Source of the DNA: an uncultured Acidimicrobiia bacterium
GTDB taxonomy: Bacteria > Actinomycetota > Acidimicrobiia > Spongiisociales > JAENVV01
Direction: 5' to 3'
Assembly (NCBI GenBank): GCA_963847455.1
Contig: CAWKAG010000032.1
Coordinates: forward strand, 22,169 to 86,168
Length of the DNA: 64,000 nucleotides
Translations under genes and position numbers: made by a program
Shown: positions 38,979 through 46,610 of the stretch, piece by piece
Layout: every line of letters starts with the position of its first letter
Position numbering within the stretch: position 1 is the first letter of the stretch
The notes under the pieces: model-generated
Database searches by the model: none
The model's input: the letters and a program-made list of their open reading frames with translations, nothing else
Told to the model about the DNA's origin: nothing

Positions 38979-40217
38979 TTATGCGAGAAATTCGGTGGCG
39001 GCGTGGATGAGCAAGCCGACCAACCCGCCAACCACGGTCCCATTGATGCGGATGATTTGCAAGTCGCGACCGACGCCGAGTTCGACCCACCGTGCCGTTT
39101 CGTTGGCATCCCAGGCCAGGACGGTTGACTCGATCATGTGACTGAGTTCGGCCCCAACATTCTCGGCGACGGCCGCGCCGAGACGGATCGCCCAATCGTC
39201 GAGTCGGCGGGCGAGATCCGGGTCGGAGCCGAGTCGTTTGGCCGCTTGGGCTATCGGTTCGCTGACCATGCTTCGGAGCTCGCCGGTTGGCTCCTCGGCG
39301 ACCCGGCCGATCGTTTGAACGGCGCCATCCCATAACGAGCCGATCCATGCCTGGAGCGCCGGATGCTCCATAAGATCGTTTCTGAGTCGGCCGGTCGTCT
39401 CGGAGAGCGATCCATCAGCTTCGAGCATTCGTAGCTGTTTGACGATGTTCGTGTCCAGCTCCAGCCGGAGAGGATGGTCGGGTTGGGCTCCGACGTCTCC
39501 CAGGAATCGCTCGAGACCCTGCAGCAACCGGGCGAACACAACGTCGTCCACCGATTCGGGTACCCACCACGGAGACTCGTCGCGTAACCGATCTCGTAGG
39601 GTTGGTTGAGCGCTGCGGACCGACGCCTGCAGAGCGGCAATCGCCGCGTCGATGACCGGGACGTGGTGCCCATTGTCGACGGCGTGTTCGACGAAGCTGA
39701 CCAACGCTGGTCCCAGGTCTGCGTCGATAGCGTGATCCACGATGAGCCGCTGGATGTTGTCCTGGATAGAACTGTCGTCAACGGCTTCGGCCAGTGAGTG
39801 AAGGAGGCCCGCCGCAACTCCGGCGACTGCGGTGGCGTGCTCTGGTTCCCCCAGATAGGCCGCCAAACGCTCGGCTGGCTTCAGGTCGGCGATCCGTTTG
39901 GTGAGCTGCTCCGGGTTGAGAAAGGTATCGGTGATAAACCGGCCGAGGCCGGCTGCTACGACGTCCTTGCTGCGGGGCAGGACAGCCGTATGTGGGATAG
40001 GGATACCGAGCGGGTATCGAAACAGGGCGGTCACGGCGAACCAATCTGCGATGCCGCCGACCATAGCCGCCTCGCTTCCTGCTCGAACATATCCGACCCA
40101 GGTGGCGTCCGACAGGTAGAAGGTCGTGATGAAGATCGCTGCCGCGATGGCCAGTAGCGACACCGCCTTTAACTTCATCGAGCGCAGGCGCCGTACTTGC
40201 TCAGGTGTGCCGATCAT
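38979..40217 (-). CDS. DUF445 family membrane protein
   Basis: N-terminal TM, FRYPLGIPIPHTAVLPRSKD motif, and a C-terminal IIRINGTVVGGLVGLLIH helix. Confidence 0.75.
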   Translation of the reverse strand: MIGTPEQVRRLRSMKLKAVSLLAIAAAIFITTFYLSDATWVGYVRAGSEAAMVGGIADWFAVTALFRYPLGIPIPHTAVLPRSKDVVAAGLGRFITDTFLNPEQLTKRIADLKPAERLAAYLGEPEHATAVAGVAAGLLHSLAEAVDDSSIQDNIQRLIVDHAIDADLGPALVSFVEHAVDNGHHVPVIDAAIAALQASVRSAQPTLRDRLRDESPWWVPESVDDVVFARLLQGLERFLGDVGAQPDHPLRLELDTNIVKQLRMLEADGSLSETTGRLRNDLMEHPALQAWIGSLWDGAVQTIGRVAEEPTGELRSMVSEPIAQAAKRLGSDPDLARRLDDWAIRLGAAVAENVGAELSHMIESTVLAWDANETARWVELGVGRDLQIIRINGTVVGGLVGLLIHAATEFLA

Positions 40218-41053
40218 CAGTTGTCGCGGAGGAACCGTTCGATTTCGTCTACGAGCTGTCCTCCCGTGTCGGCCGGCGGAGAGTAAAGATCGGCCGAGTC
40301 CTCGAGTTCAGCCAGGTACTCGGACATCTCGTCGGAATTCTGGACAGCTGAATCGACTCTCCGTTCCCATTGCTTGACCTCACGATCGAGGCCAGCCGAA
40401 TCGAGATCTAGGCCGAGCAGTGCCTCTGCTTTGACGAGCAGCGTTTGCGCGGCCTTCGGATTGCTGTTCTCCGACAGATAGTGGGGGGTCGCCGCCCACA
40501 GACTGGTCACGTTGACCCCGGCACCGCGGAGCTGTTCGGTGAGAATGCCGGTCATGCCGGTCGGGCCTTCGTAGGTAGGCGGTAGGAGCCCCAACGCCAG
40601 CCGTTGCTCGACGTTCTCAGTGACACCGACGACGGGAACCGGGAGGGTGTGCGGGACTTGGCCGATGAAGGCTCCCAATGCCACCGCCTCGACGACGCCC
40701 AGTTCGGAAACCACGTGCTGAAGGATCCGGGCAAAAGCCTTCCAACGCAATCGGGGTTCTTCGCCCAGAACGACGACGACATCCCGGGCTTGTTGGGTCT
40801 CGATGGCGTACACCCTGGTCTCGGGCCACGTGATGACGCGTTCGTCGCCCTCGTAGCTAATGAGGGGGCGACTCACCTGATGATCGTTGAAAGCGTCATG
40901 ATCGATGACAGCCACGTCGAGGCTGTCATTCAGGCTCAGGATGTTCCAGAGCGCACCGGTGGCCGCTTCTGCAGCATCATTCCAGCCCGAAAAGGCATAA
41001 AGGGCGACCGGGTCACGGAGTGACGGCCGAGAAATCCACGACAGTTCTTCCAT
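40217..41053 (-). CDS. PAC2 (proteasome assembly chaperone 2-like) family protein
   Basis: LRDPVALYAFSGWNDAAEAAT at the N terminus, at the typical actinobacterial PAC2 length. The stop overlaps the DUF445 start (ATGA). Confidence 0.8.
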   Translation of the reverse strand: MEELSWISRPSLRDPVALYAFSGWNDAAEAATGALWNILSLNDSLDVAVIDHDAFNDHQVSRPLISYEGDERVITWPETRVYAIETQQARDVVVVLGEEPRLRWKAFARILQHVVSELGVVEAVALGAFIGQVPHTLPVPVVGVTENVEQRLALGLLPPTYEGPTGMTGILTEQLRGAGVNVTSLWAATPHYLSENSNPKAAQTLLVKAEALLGLDLDSAGLDREVKQWERRVDSAVQNSDEMSEYLAELEDSADLYSPPADTGGQLVDEIERFLRDN

Positions 41054-41102
41054 CAGCCAAGCCTAGTGCCGGAACCCCATAAAGCGACCAGTTCACCTCT
41101 TT

Positions 41103-41332
41103 CGGGGGTGGCGCCTCCGTGGTGGGCCCTCCAACGAAGCGAAGCGAGTCCGGCCCTGCGGGGGCTGCGATGACGGAGGTCGGTCTCCCCAGCGAGCGAA
41201 GCGAGTGTCCGGCTTTGCGGGGGCTGCGATGACGGAGGTCGGTCCCCCCAACGAGCGAAGCGAGTGTCTGGCTCTTGCGGGGGTTGCGACTGACGGAGGT
41301 CGGTCCCCCCAACGAGCGAAGCGAGTGTCTGG
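41103..41332. repeat. tandem repeat array, unit 59-60 bp, about 3 good copies plus one degenerate leading copy
   Basis: Units start with gcggggg at 41158, 41217 and 41277 (gcgggggctgcgatgacggaggtcggtccccccaacgagcgaagcgagtgtctggctctt). A degenerate copy lies at 41103-41157. Confidence 0.9.
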
Positions 41333-41616
41333 GGGGAAGGGTCCCGTCGCCGTAGGCGATGGGTAGGGGGGCTCGTTCCCCTCTCCGAGCATGCAGGCCA
41401 GCTCCTTTCCGAACAACGAAGCGAACGTGCTGTCTGTGTCGCTTAGCCGGCCCCCTTACCTCCGACCTCCGCTCCGCTTCAGTCGCAGGGACCTTTCCCC
41501 TACCTGAGCGGAGCTCAGGCGACGGCCCTCACGGGCCTGGGGGAACCGACAAAACCCGGTCGTTCGTTTCGGTCACTCGGGGAGCCGACCGAGTTGCTCT
41601 GCGACCCGGTGGATCG

Positions 41617-42363
41617 TTACCGGTATTCGGGGTTGGGGAAGTCGAAGCGGCACCCGGCGTCCCAGGAGGCGCGCTGGTTGCCGTGGACGGGCCAGCCACC
41701 GATGTCTTTGATCATGCGGGCGCTGTGGAGCAGATTCCACGTCATAAAAGTGGTGTTGCGGTTGGTGAAGTCATTCTCCGGTCCGCCCGACCCGGGATCC
41801 ATGTACGAGGGACCGGGACCGGCTTCCCCCAACCAGGCGGCATCAGCCTGGGGTGGGATCACATAACCAAGATGCTGGAGTGAATACAGGATGTTCATAG
41901 CGCAGTGCTTGGCGCCGTCTTCGTTGCCTGTAACCAGGCAGCCGCCCGTCTTGCCGTAGTAGGAGTATTGGCCGTGTTCGTTCAGTTGCGATGAGTTGCC
42001 ATACAGTCGTTCAATGACCTTCGTGCAGATCGACGTCTTTTCGCCAAGCCAGATCGCCGTGCCCAGAACGAGAATGTCGGCGTTGGAAACCTTTTCGTAG
42101 ATGCCCGGCCAGTCATCGACGGTGGCTCCGTGTTCGGTCATATCGGGCCACACGCCGGGAGCGATCTCGTAGTCGGCTGCCCGGATCGTTTCGGTGGCGA
42201 CGCCGTTGGCTTCCATAACGGCGATGGAAATGTCCATCAATCCCTGTGTGTGAGACATCTCCGAGGACTTCTTGAGTGAAGTGTTGATGAACAGGGCCGA
42301 CAAATCCGTGAAATCCCATTTGCTCGTCGTACACAAATCCTGTTGCTGCGCTGAGAGATCCAT
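41617..42363 (-). CDS. flavodoxin-like fold NAD(P)H-dependent FMN reductase family protein
   Basis: ADILVLGTAIWLGE, GKTGGCLVTGNEDG. The pattern is typical of the flavodoxin/NADPH-FMN reductase family. Confidence 0.7.
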   Translation of the reverse strand: MDLSAQQQDLCTTSKWDFTDLSALFINTSLKKSSEMSHTQGLMDISIAVMEANGVATETIRAADYEIAPGVWPDMTEHGATVDDWPGIYEKVSNADILVLGTAIWLGEKTSICTKVIERLYGNSSQLNEHGQYSYYGKTGGCLVTGNEDGAKHCAMNILYSLQHLGYVIPPQADAAWLGEAGPGPSYMDPGSGGPENDFTNRNTTFMTWNLLHSARMIKDIGGWPVHGNQRASWDAGCRFDFPNPEYR

Positions 42364-42442
42364 TCCAAACCCTTTCGTTCGATACTTCGCTCAACCGTGG
42401 CCGGGCGGTAGTTGTTCCGGCTGTGGCCGCATGAGCGTCTGG

Positions 42443-44851
42443 CTAGACCCTGATCCAGACCAGGCTCAGCTCGCCGACACTGATGTCGGTCTTCTCGAGG
42501 CCTATGTCTACGGTCTCGATGTCATCTGCGGCGCTGTCCCACTGCTCCATGATGTCGTTCACGTCGTTTTCTACATCGTCTTCGAGAGCGTCCAGCTTGT
42601 CGGTCTTGTCCGTGACCTTCTCGCTGGCACTCTGGAGGCGCTCCTGGCTGGCTCGAGTCATCCGGCGTCGCGACGCTGCCGATCCAACGGCTCGCGACTT
42701 TGACCGGCCTCCCAAAATCGAACCCAGGAGGTCTCCGGCGCCCGAGATGAGTTCGCTTTGGCGGCGTCCCTGAACATCAGCTTCCAGCTCACGCACTCGC
42801 CGTTCGGCACTGGCCAGTTGGTCGCTGACGGTCCGGATCTTCGTCTTGTACTTATCCTTGAGCTTGGCGATCGCCTCGTCGGCTGCTTCCTCGGCGGCGG
42901 CTTTCGAACGAGCGCGAAAGTCTTCTTCGGATTCGCCGACCCGTGAGTAGATCTTGAGGGTGGGGTTCTTGAAGACCTGCACTTGTTGGTTGCGGTACAG
43001 CCAGTCGCGCAACGCAGTGCTGGCCGAGTTGTAGAAGGTTTTGGTATCGATCTTGGCGTCCGGAAGCGCATAATTACAGCCTTCGGGTGCCGTGGTGGTG
43101 AGATCGCGTTCGTCGTAGTCGACCACCTTGGCTGTTTCAGGATCGAACTGGTCAGATAGCGGGTAGAAGATCGCCTCCCACTCCTCGGTGTGGTTTACGT
43201 CGGCGTGTTGATCGTCGAAGACCATATCGACCCGGGTAACGAGAGCAGCTTCAAGGCGGCTGCCGTTCGGGTCGACGCCCAGGTCGCTCGCCCAGGGGGC
43301 GGCCGGATCGAGGTAAAACACTCTGGTGGTGTCTGGAACTTGGGGGGCTACCGGGCTCTCATCGTCGGCAACAGCATCCGGCATCGCTTCGGGTGCGGCG
43401 GCCGGCTGGGCAGTGCCGGCAGTCCCGGTCGGAGTGGCGGTCGCTTCTCGTTCGGGCGAATCGGCCGTCAGGGTTTGGACCTGTTCGCGCGAGAGGGGGC
43501 CGGCGAGGTACGACATCGCCCATCGGGTGGTGAACACCCGCGGCTCCTTGGCGGACGTTGAGTGGAGGATGAATTGGCGTTTCCCCAGATCCGAGATGAG
43601 CGTGTCGAGCATCTTGACATCCACTGAGCCGGAAGCTGACTTGAGGCCCTCGATGATGCGAGCTTTATCCCGTTCGGTTTGTAGACGACCGATCATCCAG
43701 GTCCCGGCGTTTGACATGGCTTTGTAGTCGAGGTCGACCGGGTTCTGTGTGGAGAGAAGCAGTCCGACGCCGAAGGCTCTGGCCTGCTTGAGCAGAGTGA
43801 GGATGGGCTTCTTCGACGGCGGATTGGCCGTCGGGGGAGCGAAGCCGAAGACCTCGTCCATGTAGATGAGGGCGCGCAGATCGGAGGTGCCTTGTTGCTT
43901 GCGCATCCACGTCACGACTTTCGAAAGGAGCAGCGTGACCACGAATTGGCGCTCTGGCTCGGACAGATGAGACAGGTACATGACCGAGGCCCGGGCTTTG
44001 CCGTCGGGGGTGTACAGCAAGCTCTGGATGTCGAGTGGCGGTCCCTCAGTCCACGAAGCGAACGCCGGCGAAGCCACCAGCCCATTCAGACTCATGGCCA
44101 GCTTCATGCGGTCTTTTGGTGGAAAGAACGTATCGAGATCGAAGACGCCCAGTTTACGAATCGGGGGCGATTGCACCTGGCCGATCAGGGTGGCAAGGTC
44201 CAGGTCGCGACCCTCGGACCAGGCCTTTTCGATAATCGTCGAGAGGAGGATGTGCTCGGGCGAGGAGATCGGGTCGGCGGTGATGTTGGCGAGAACGAGG
44301 AGCGAAGAGACGAACCCCTCGATCTCGGCGCGGATGGTTTCGGCTTCTGTTGCCCAATCGAGATCAGGGGCGGCGAGAGAACCAACGATATTGAGCGGGA
44401 TACCCGCGACCGAACCGGGGGTGTAGATCTGAAACTCGGCTCCAAGGCCTAATTGACGGAGGCGATCGCCCGTGATGTCCCAGCCTGCCAACCCGGTCTT
44501 CCAGGTTTCGGCAGTGGCGGCCGCATATTCGTCAACCGTCTGGTCCTTGCGACGGGCTTCGCCTTCATCGACCCACGGGCGGAAATCGTCTGCCTGGAAG
44601 CTTGGAAAGTTGAGCAGAAGGTTCCCCATATCCCCTTTCGGGTCGATGATGAGGCAGGGGATATTCGACAAGAGGGCCTCTTCGAGCGCTACGACACCGA
44701 GGCCGGTTTTACCAGAGCCGGTCATGCCGACTATTACCCCATGAGTGGTGAGATCGTGAGCGTCGTACAGTACGTTCTCGTTGGTCTTTTCACCGTTGGC
44801 GGGATCGATGATCCCTCCGAGGAATAGCTCGCCGCGCGCCTGTTCAACCAT
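42443..44851 (-). CDS. HerA/FtsK-like P-loop ATPase with C-terminal coiled-coil region (802 aa)
   Basis: ATG at 44851 after AGGAG. Walker A HGVIVGMTGSGKTG and Walker B ALIYMDEVF, with STQNPVDLD downstream. The last roughly 200 aa are charged and heptad-like. Confidence 0.8.
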   Translation of the reverse strand: MVEQARGELFLGGIIDPANGEKTNENVLYDAHDLTTHGVIVGMTGSGKTGLGVVALEEALLSNIPCLIIDPKGDMGNLLLNFPSFQADDFRPWVDEGEARRKDQTVDEYAAATAETWKTGLAGWDITGDRLRQLGLGAEFQIYTPGSVAGIPLNIVGSLAAPDLDWATEAETIRAEIEGFVSSLLVLANITADPISSPEHILLSTIIEKAWSEGRDLDLATLIGQVQSPPIRKLGVFDLDTFFPPKDRMKLAMSLNGLVASPAFASWTEGPPLDIQSLLYTPDGKARASVMYLSHLSEPERQFVVTLLLSKVVTWMRKQQGTSDLRALIYMDEVFGFAPPTANPPSKKPILTLLKQARAFGVGLLLSTQNPVDLDYKAMSNAGTWMIGRLQTERDKARIIEGLKSASGSVDVKMLDTLISDLGKRQFILHSTSAKEPRVFTTRWAMSYLAGPLSREQVQTLTADSPEREATATPTGTAGTAQPAAAPEAMPDAVADDESPVAPQVPDTTRVFYLDPAAPWASDLGVDPNGSRLEAALVTRVDMVFDDQHADVNHTEEWEAIFYPLSDQFDPETAKVVDYDERDLTTTAPEGCNYALPDAKIDTKTFYNSASTALRDWLYRNQQVQVFKNPTLKIYSRVGESEEDFRARSKAAAEEAADEAIAKLKDKYKTKIRTVSDQLASAERRVRELEADVQGRRQSELISGAGDLLGSILGGRSKSRAVGSAASRRRMTRASQERLQSASEKVTDKTDKLDALEDDVENDVNDIMEQWDSAADDIETVDIGLEKTDISVGELSLVWIRV

Positions 44852-44921
44852 ATGTTCTCCTGGACCTAATCTCGTCAGATTGTAGAACGCTTGATGTCGA
44901 CTACGCCCGGAACCGTCTGAG

Positions 44922-45383
44922 CTAGGGGGCGCCGGGCAGCTGCGTTTCGATTTCGCCGAGGGCAACATCCAGTAGGGCACGGTCCTCTCCGGAGCCAATC
45001 TTGCCGGCCAGAGCCGTGGCAGCCGCGAGGTGAGTTCGCGCCAGCGAGTGGTTCCCGTCGATGGCTGCGGCGCGGGCGAGGGCCTCGTGCGCAAAGCCGG
45101 AGTAGAACGGTCCTACTCGACCGTTCTTGGCGTATTTGAGGGCGCTTTCGCCGTAATGACGGGCGAGTGGCGCGTCGCCCAGGAGCGCATAGACCCGCGA
45201 CACCTGCCAATCCGAAATCGAGAAGTTTTTGTCGGTCCCGACCTTCCGCCAACACGCCAGAGATCCGAGCGCGGCCGCCAGCATGGACCGGTCATCTTCG
45301 GCGCTTCGATCTTCACTGTCGATATAAGTCCAGGCTTCGTTGAAGAGGGCTACTGCGGCCGACTTCCAGTCCACCTCAGCCAT
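44922..45383 (-). CDS. hypothetical helical (TPR-like) protein, 153 aa
   Basis: The ATG at 45383 overlaps the upstream stop (ATGGCTGA). Alanine/leucine-rich helical repeats. No named family recognised. Confidence 0.6.
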   Translation of the reverse strand: MAEVDWKSAAVALFNEAWTYIDSEDRSAEDDRSMLAAALGSLACWRKVGTDKNFSISDWQVSRVYALLGDAPLARHYGESALKYAKNGRVGPFYSGFAHEALARAAAIDGNHSLARTHLAAATALAGKIGSGEDRALLDVALGEIETQLPGAP

Positions 45384-46494
45384 GGTCGATGCTGCGGATC
45401 GTATCGGTGAACGCGTCAAAGTCCGCTTTGTTGTTATAGAAGTGAGGTCCAAGCGAGATCTCGTCGGGACTCGATGTCCCGACCCGGACGTCGAGCGCAT
45501 GTAAGCCTGCCTGGACCCGGAATGCATCAGAAACCGCCAACGTCACGATCGGTCCCCGGTTGTCTGACGTGTCCGAGGTGACGGTCAGTCCCGCGTCGGT
45601 CGCCTCTTCGATTAGCCAACCCGTGGAGCTGAGCGATGCGTTCCTGACTCCGTCGATACCTATCTCGAGGATGGGTTCCAATCCGGCTTTCAGTGCATAC
45701 AGGGCCGCCGGATCCGGAGGCCCGTCGAGAAACCGTCCAATCCCGATCGGGTCAGGGTCAGGCCACGTAGGGTCCCCGTCTACTCCCCATCCGGCAGTGG
45801 CGGGCTCAAGCTGATCGATCAATTCGGGGTGAACGAAAAGCCATCCTGTCGGGATTCCGCCGCACAACCAGCCGTCAGTCCTTCCCACGGCAAAATCCAC
45901 CCCCAGGCTCTCGATGTCGGTGGGTATGGCACCGGCGGTCGTCGAACAGTCCAGCACCACATACCCGTCGACATCGTGCGCGGCGGCCAGGATGCGCTTT
46001 AGGTCGATTCCCACCTCCCCGGTGGCGAGATCGTTGCTGAGCATCACGATGGCGGTGCGCTCGTCAATCGAACCCAACAACGTGTCTGTGGCGATCGTCC
46101 GGCCGTCCCAGCTCCGGACGATCGTTTCCTCAAGTCCGGCCTGGCGTTGCCAGAACCGTCGGCCAGGGCTTTGCTCGAGCTGAGTAGTCACGAATCTTCG
46201 CTGGGCGGCTGGAAACCGAAAGCACGACTCGATCGCCACCAACGCTGCGGACAGGCTGGTCGTGGCCGCGGTAGAAGCGGGTGATGCCCCGATGACTTGG
46301 GCGATCGTGTCACCTATCTCGAACGGCAACTGTGACCAGGTTCGATTCCAGGCGGTTGCTCCAACTGTCGCCCACTCTTCTACAAACTGGGCGAGCATGT
46401 CAGACGAGGCGAAGCTCATCGCTCCTTGATCGTGGCTGGCCAGGTACGTGGTCGTCTCAACGATCGGGAACTGAGACCGCCAGTTGGGTGCCAT
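45376..46494 (-). CDS. kynureninase-like class V aminotransferase-fold protein lacking the PLP-binding lysine
   Basis: Collinear with kynureninase (YLASHDQGA, EEWATVG..AWNRTW, TAIVMLSN), but the AIGCTYKYLNGGPG motif reads AVGRTDGWLCGGIP. Confidence 0.7.
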   Translation of the reverse strand: MAPNWRSQFPIVETTTYLASHDQGAMSFASSDMLAQFVEEWATVGATAWNRTWSQLPFEIGDTIAQVIGASPASTAATTSLSAALVAIESCFRFPAAQRRFVTTQLEQSPGRRFWQRQAGLEETIVRSWDGRTIATDTLLGSIDERTAIVMLSNDLATGEVGIDLKRILAAAHDVDGYVVLDCSTTAGAIPTDIESLGVDFAVGRTDGWLCGGIPTGWLFVHPELIDQLEPATAGWGVDGDPTWPDPDPIGIGRFLDGPPDPAALYALKAGLEPILEIGIDGVRNASLSSTGWLIEEATDAGLTVTSDTSDNRGPIVTLAVSDAFRVQAGLHALDVRVGTSSPDEISLGPHFYNNKADFDAFTDTIRSIDHG

Positions 46495-46610
46495 GCGCCG
46501 AGTGTATCGCGAACCGGAGGGCCACTCCTGCCCAGCGGCCGTTGGGTCTGGCGAGAAGCCGAGTACGATGGAGTCTGGTAGGCAAGCCGCCCGTTTAGGA
46601 CGTACGAAAC

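Noticed and set aside
38971-39348. 126-aa N-terminal extension of the HAD-II ORF, and similar extensions at 6626, 8795, 14122, 25148, 45094, 45527, 51225, 57533, 58540 and 59028.
   Set aside because: The extensions are Arg/Pro-rich, overlap the upstream gene, and disappear when the start that gives a 1-11 nt overlap or a Shine-Dalgarno site is used. The homologous region begins at the downstream start.
41103-41332. Possible CRISPR array, since a G/C-rich segment of about 32 nt recurs every 59-60 bp.
   Set aside because: The intervening segments of about 27 nt are repeated as faithfully as the putative repeats, so there are no unique spacers. No cas genes are in the window. It is a plain tandem repeat.
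41013-41416. ORFs 41013-41312 and 41093-41416 (minus strand), which translate the tandem repeats into repetitive peptides (SLRSLGGPTSVIAAPA...).
   Set aside because: Unit lengths of 59 and 60 bp shift the frame between copies. The two ORFs overlap each other in different frames, and the composition is not protein-like. They are treated as by-products of the DNA repeat.
41103-41530. tmRNA or RNase P RNA, suggested by GGGGCTG-like and AGTCCGG-like strings.
   Set aside because: The strings belong to the repeated unit and recur three times. The GAGGAAAGTCCGG P4 core of RNase P is absent, and so are a tmRNA tag reading frame and a tRNA-like 3' end.
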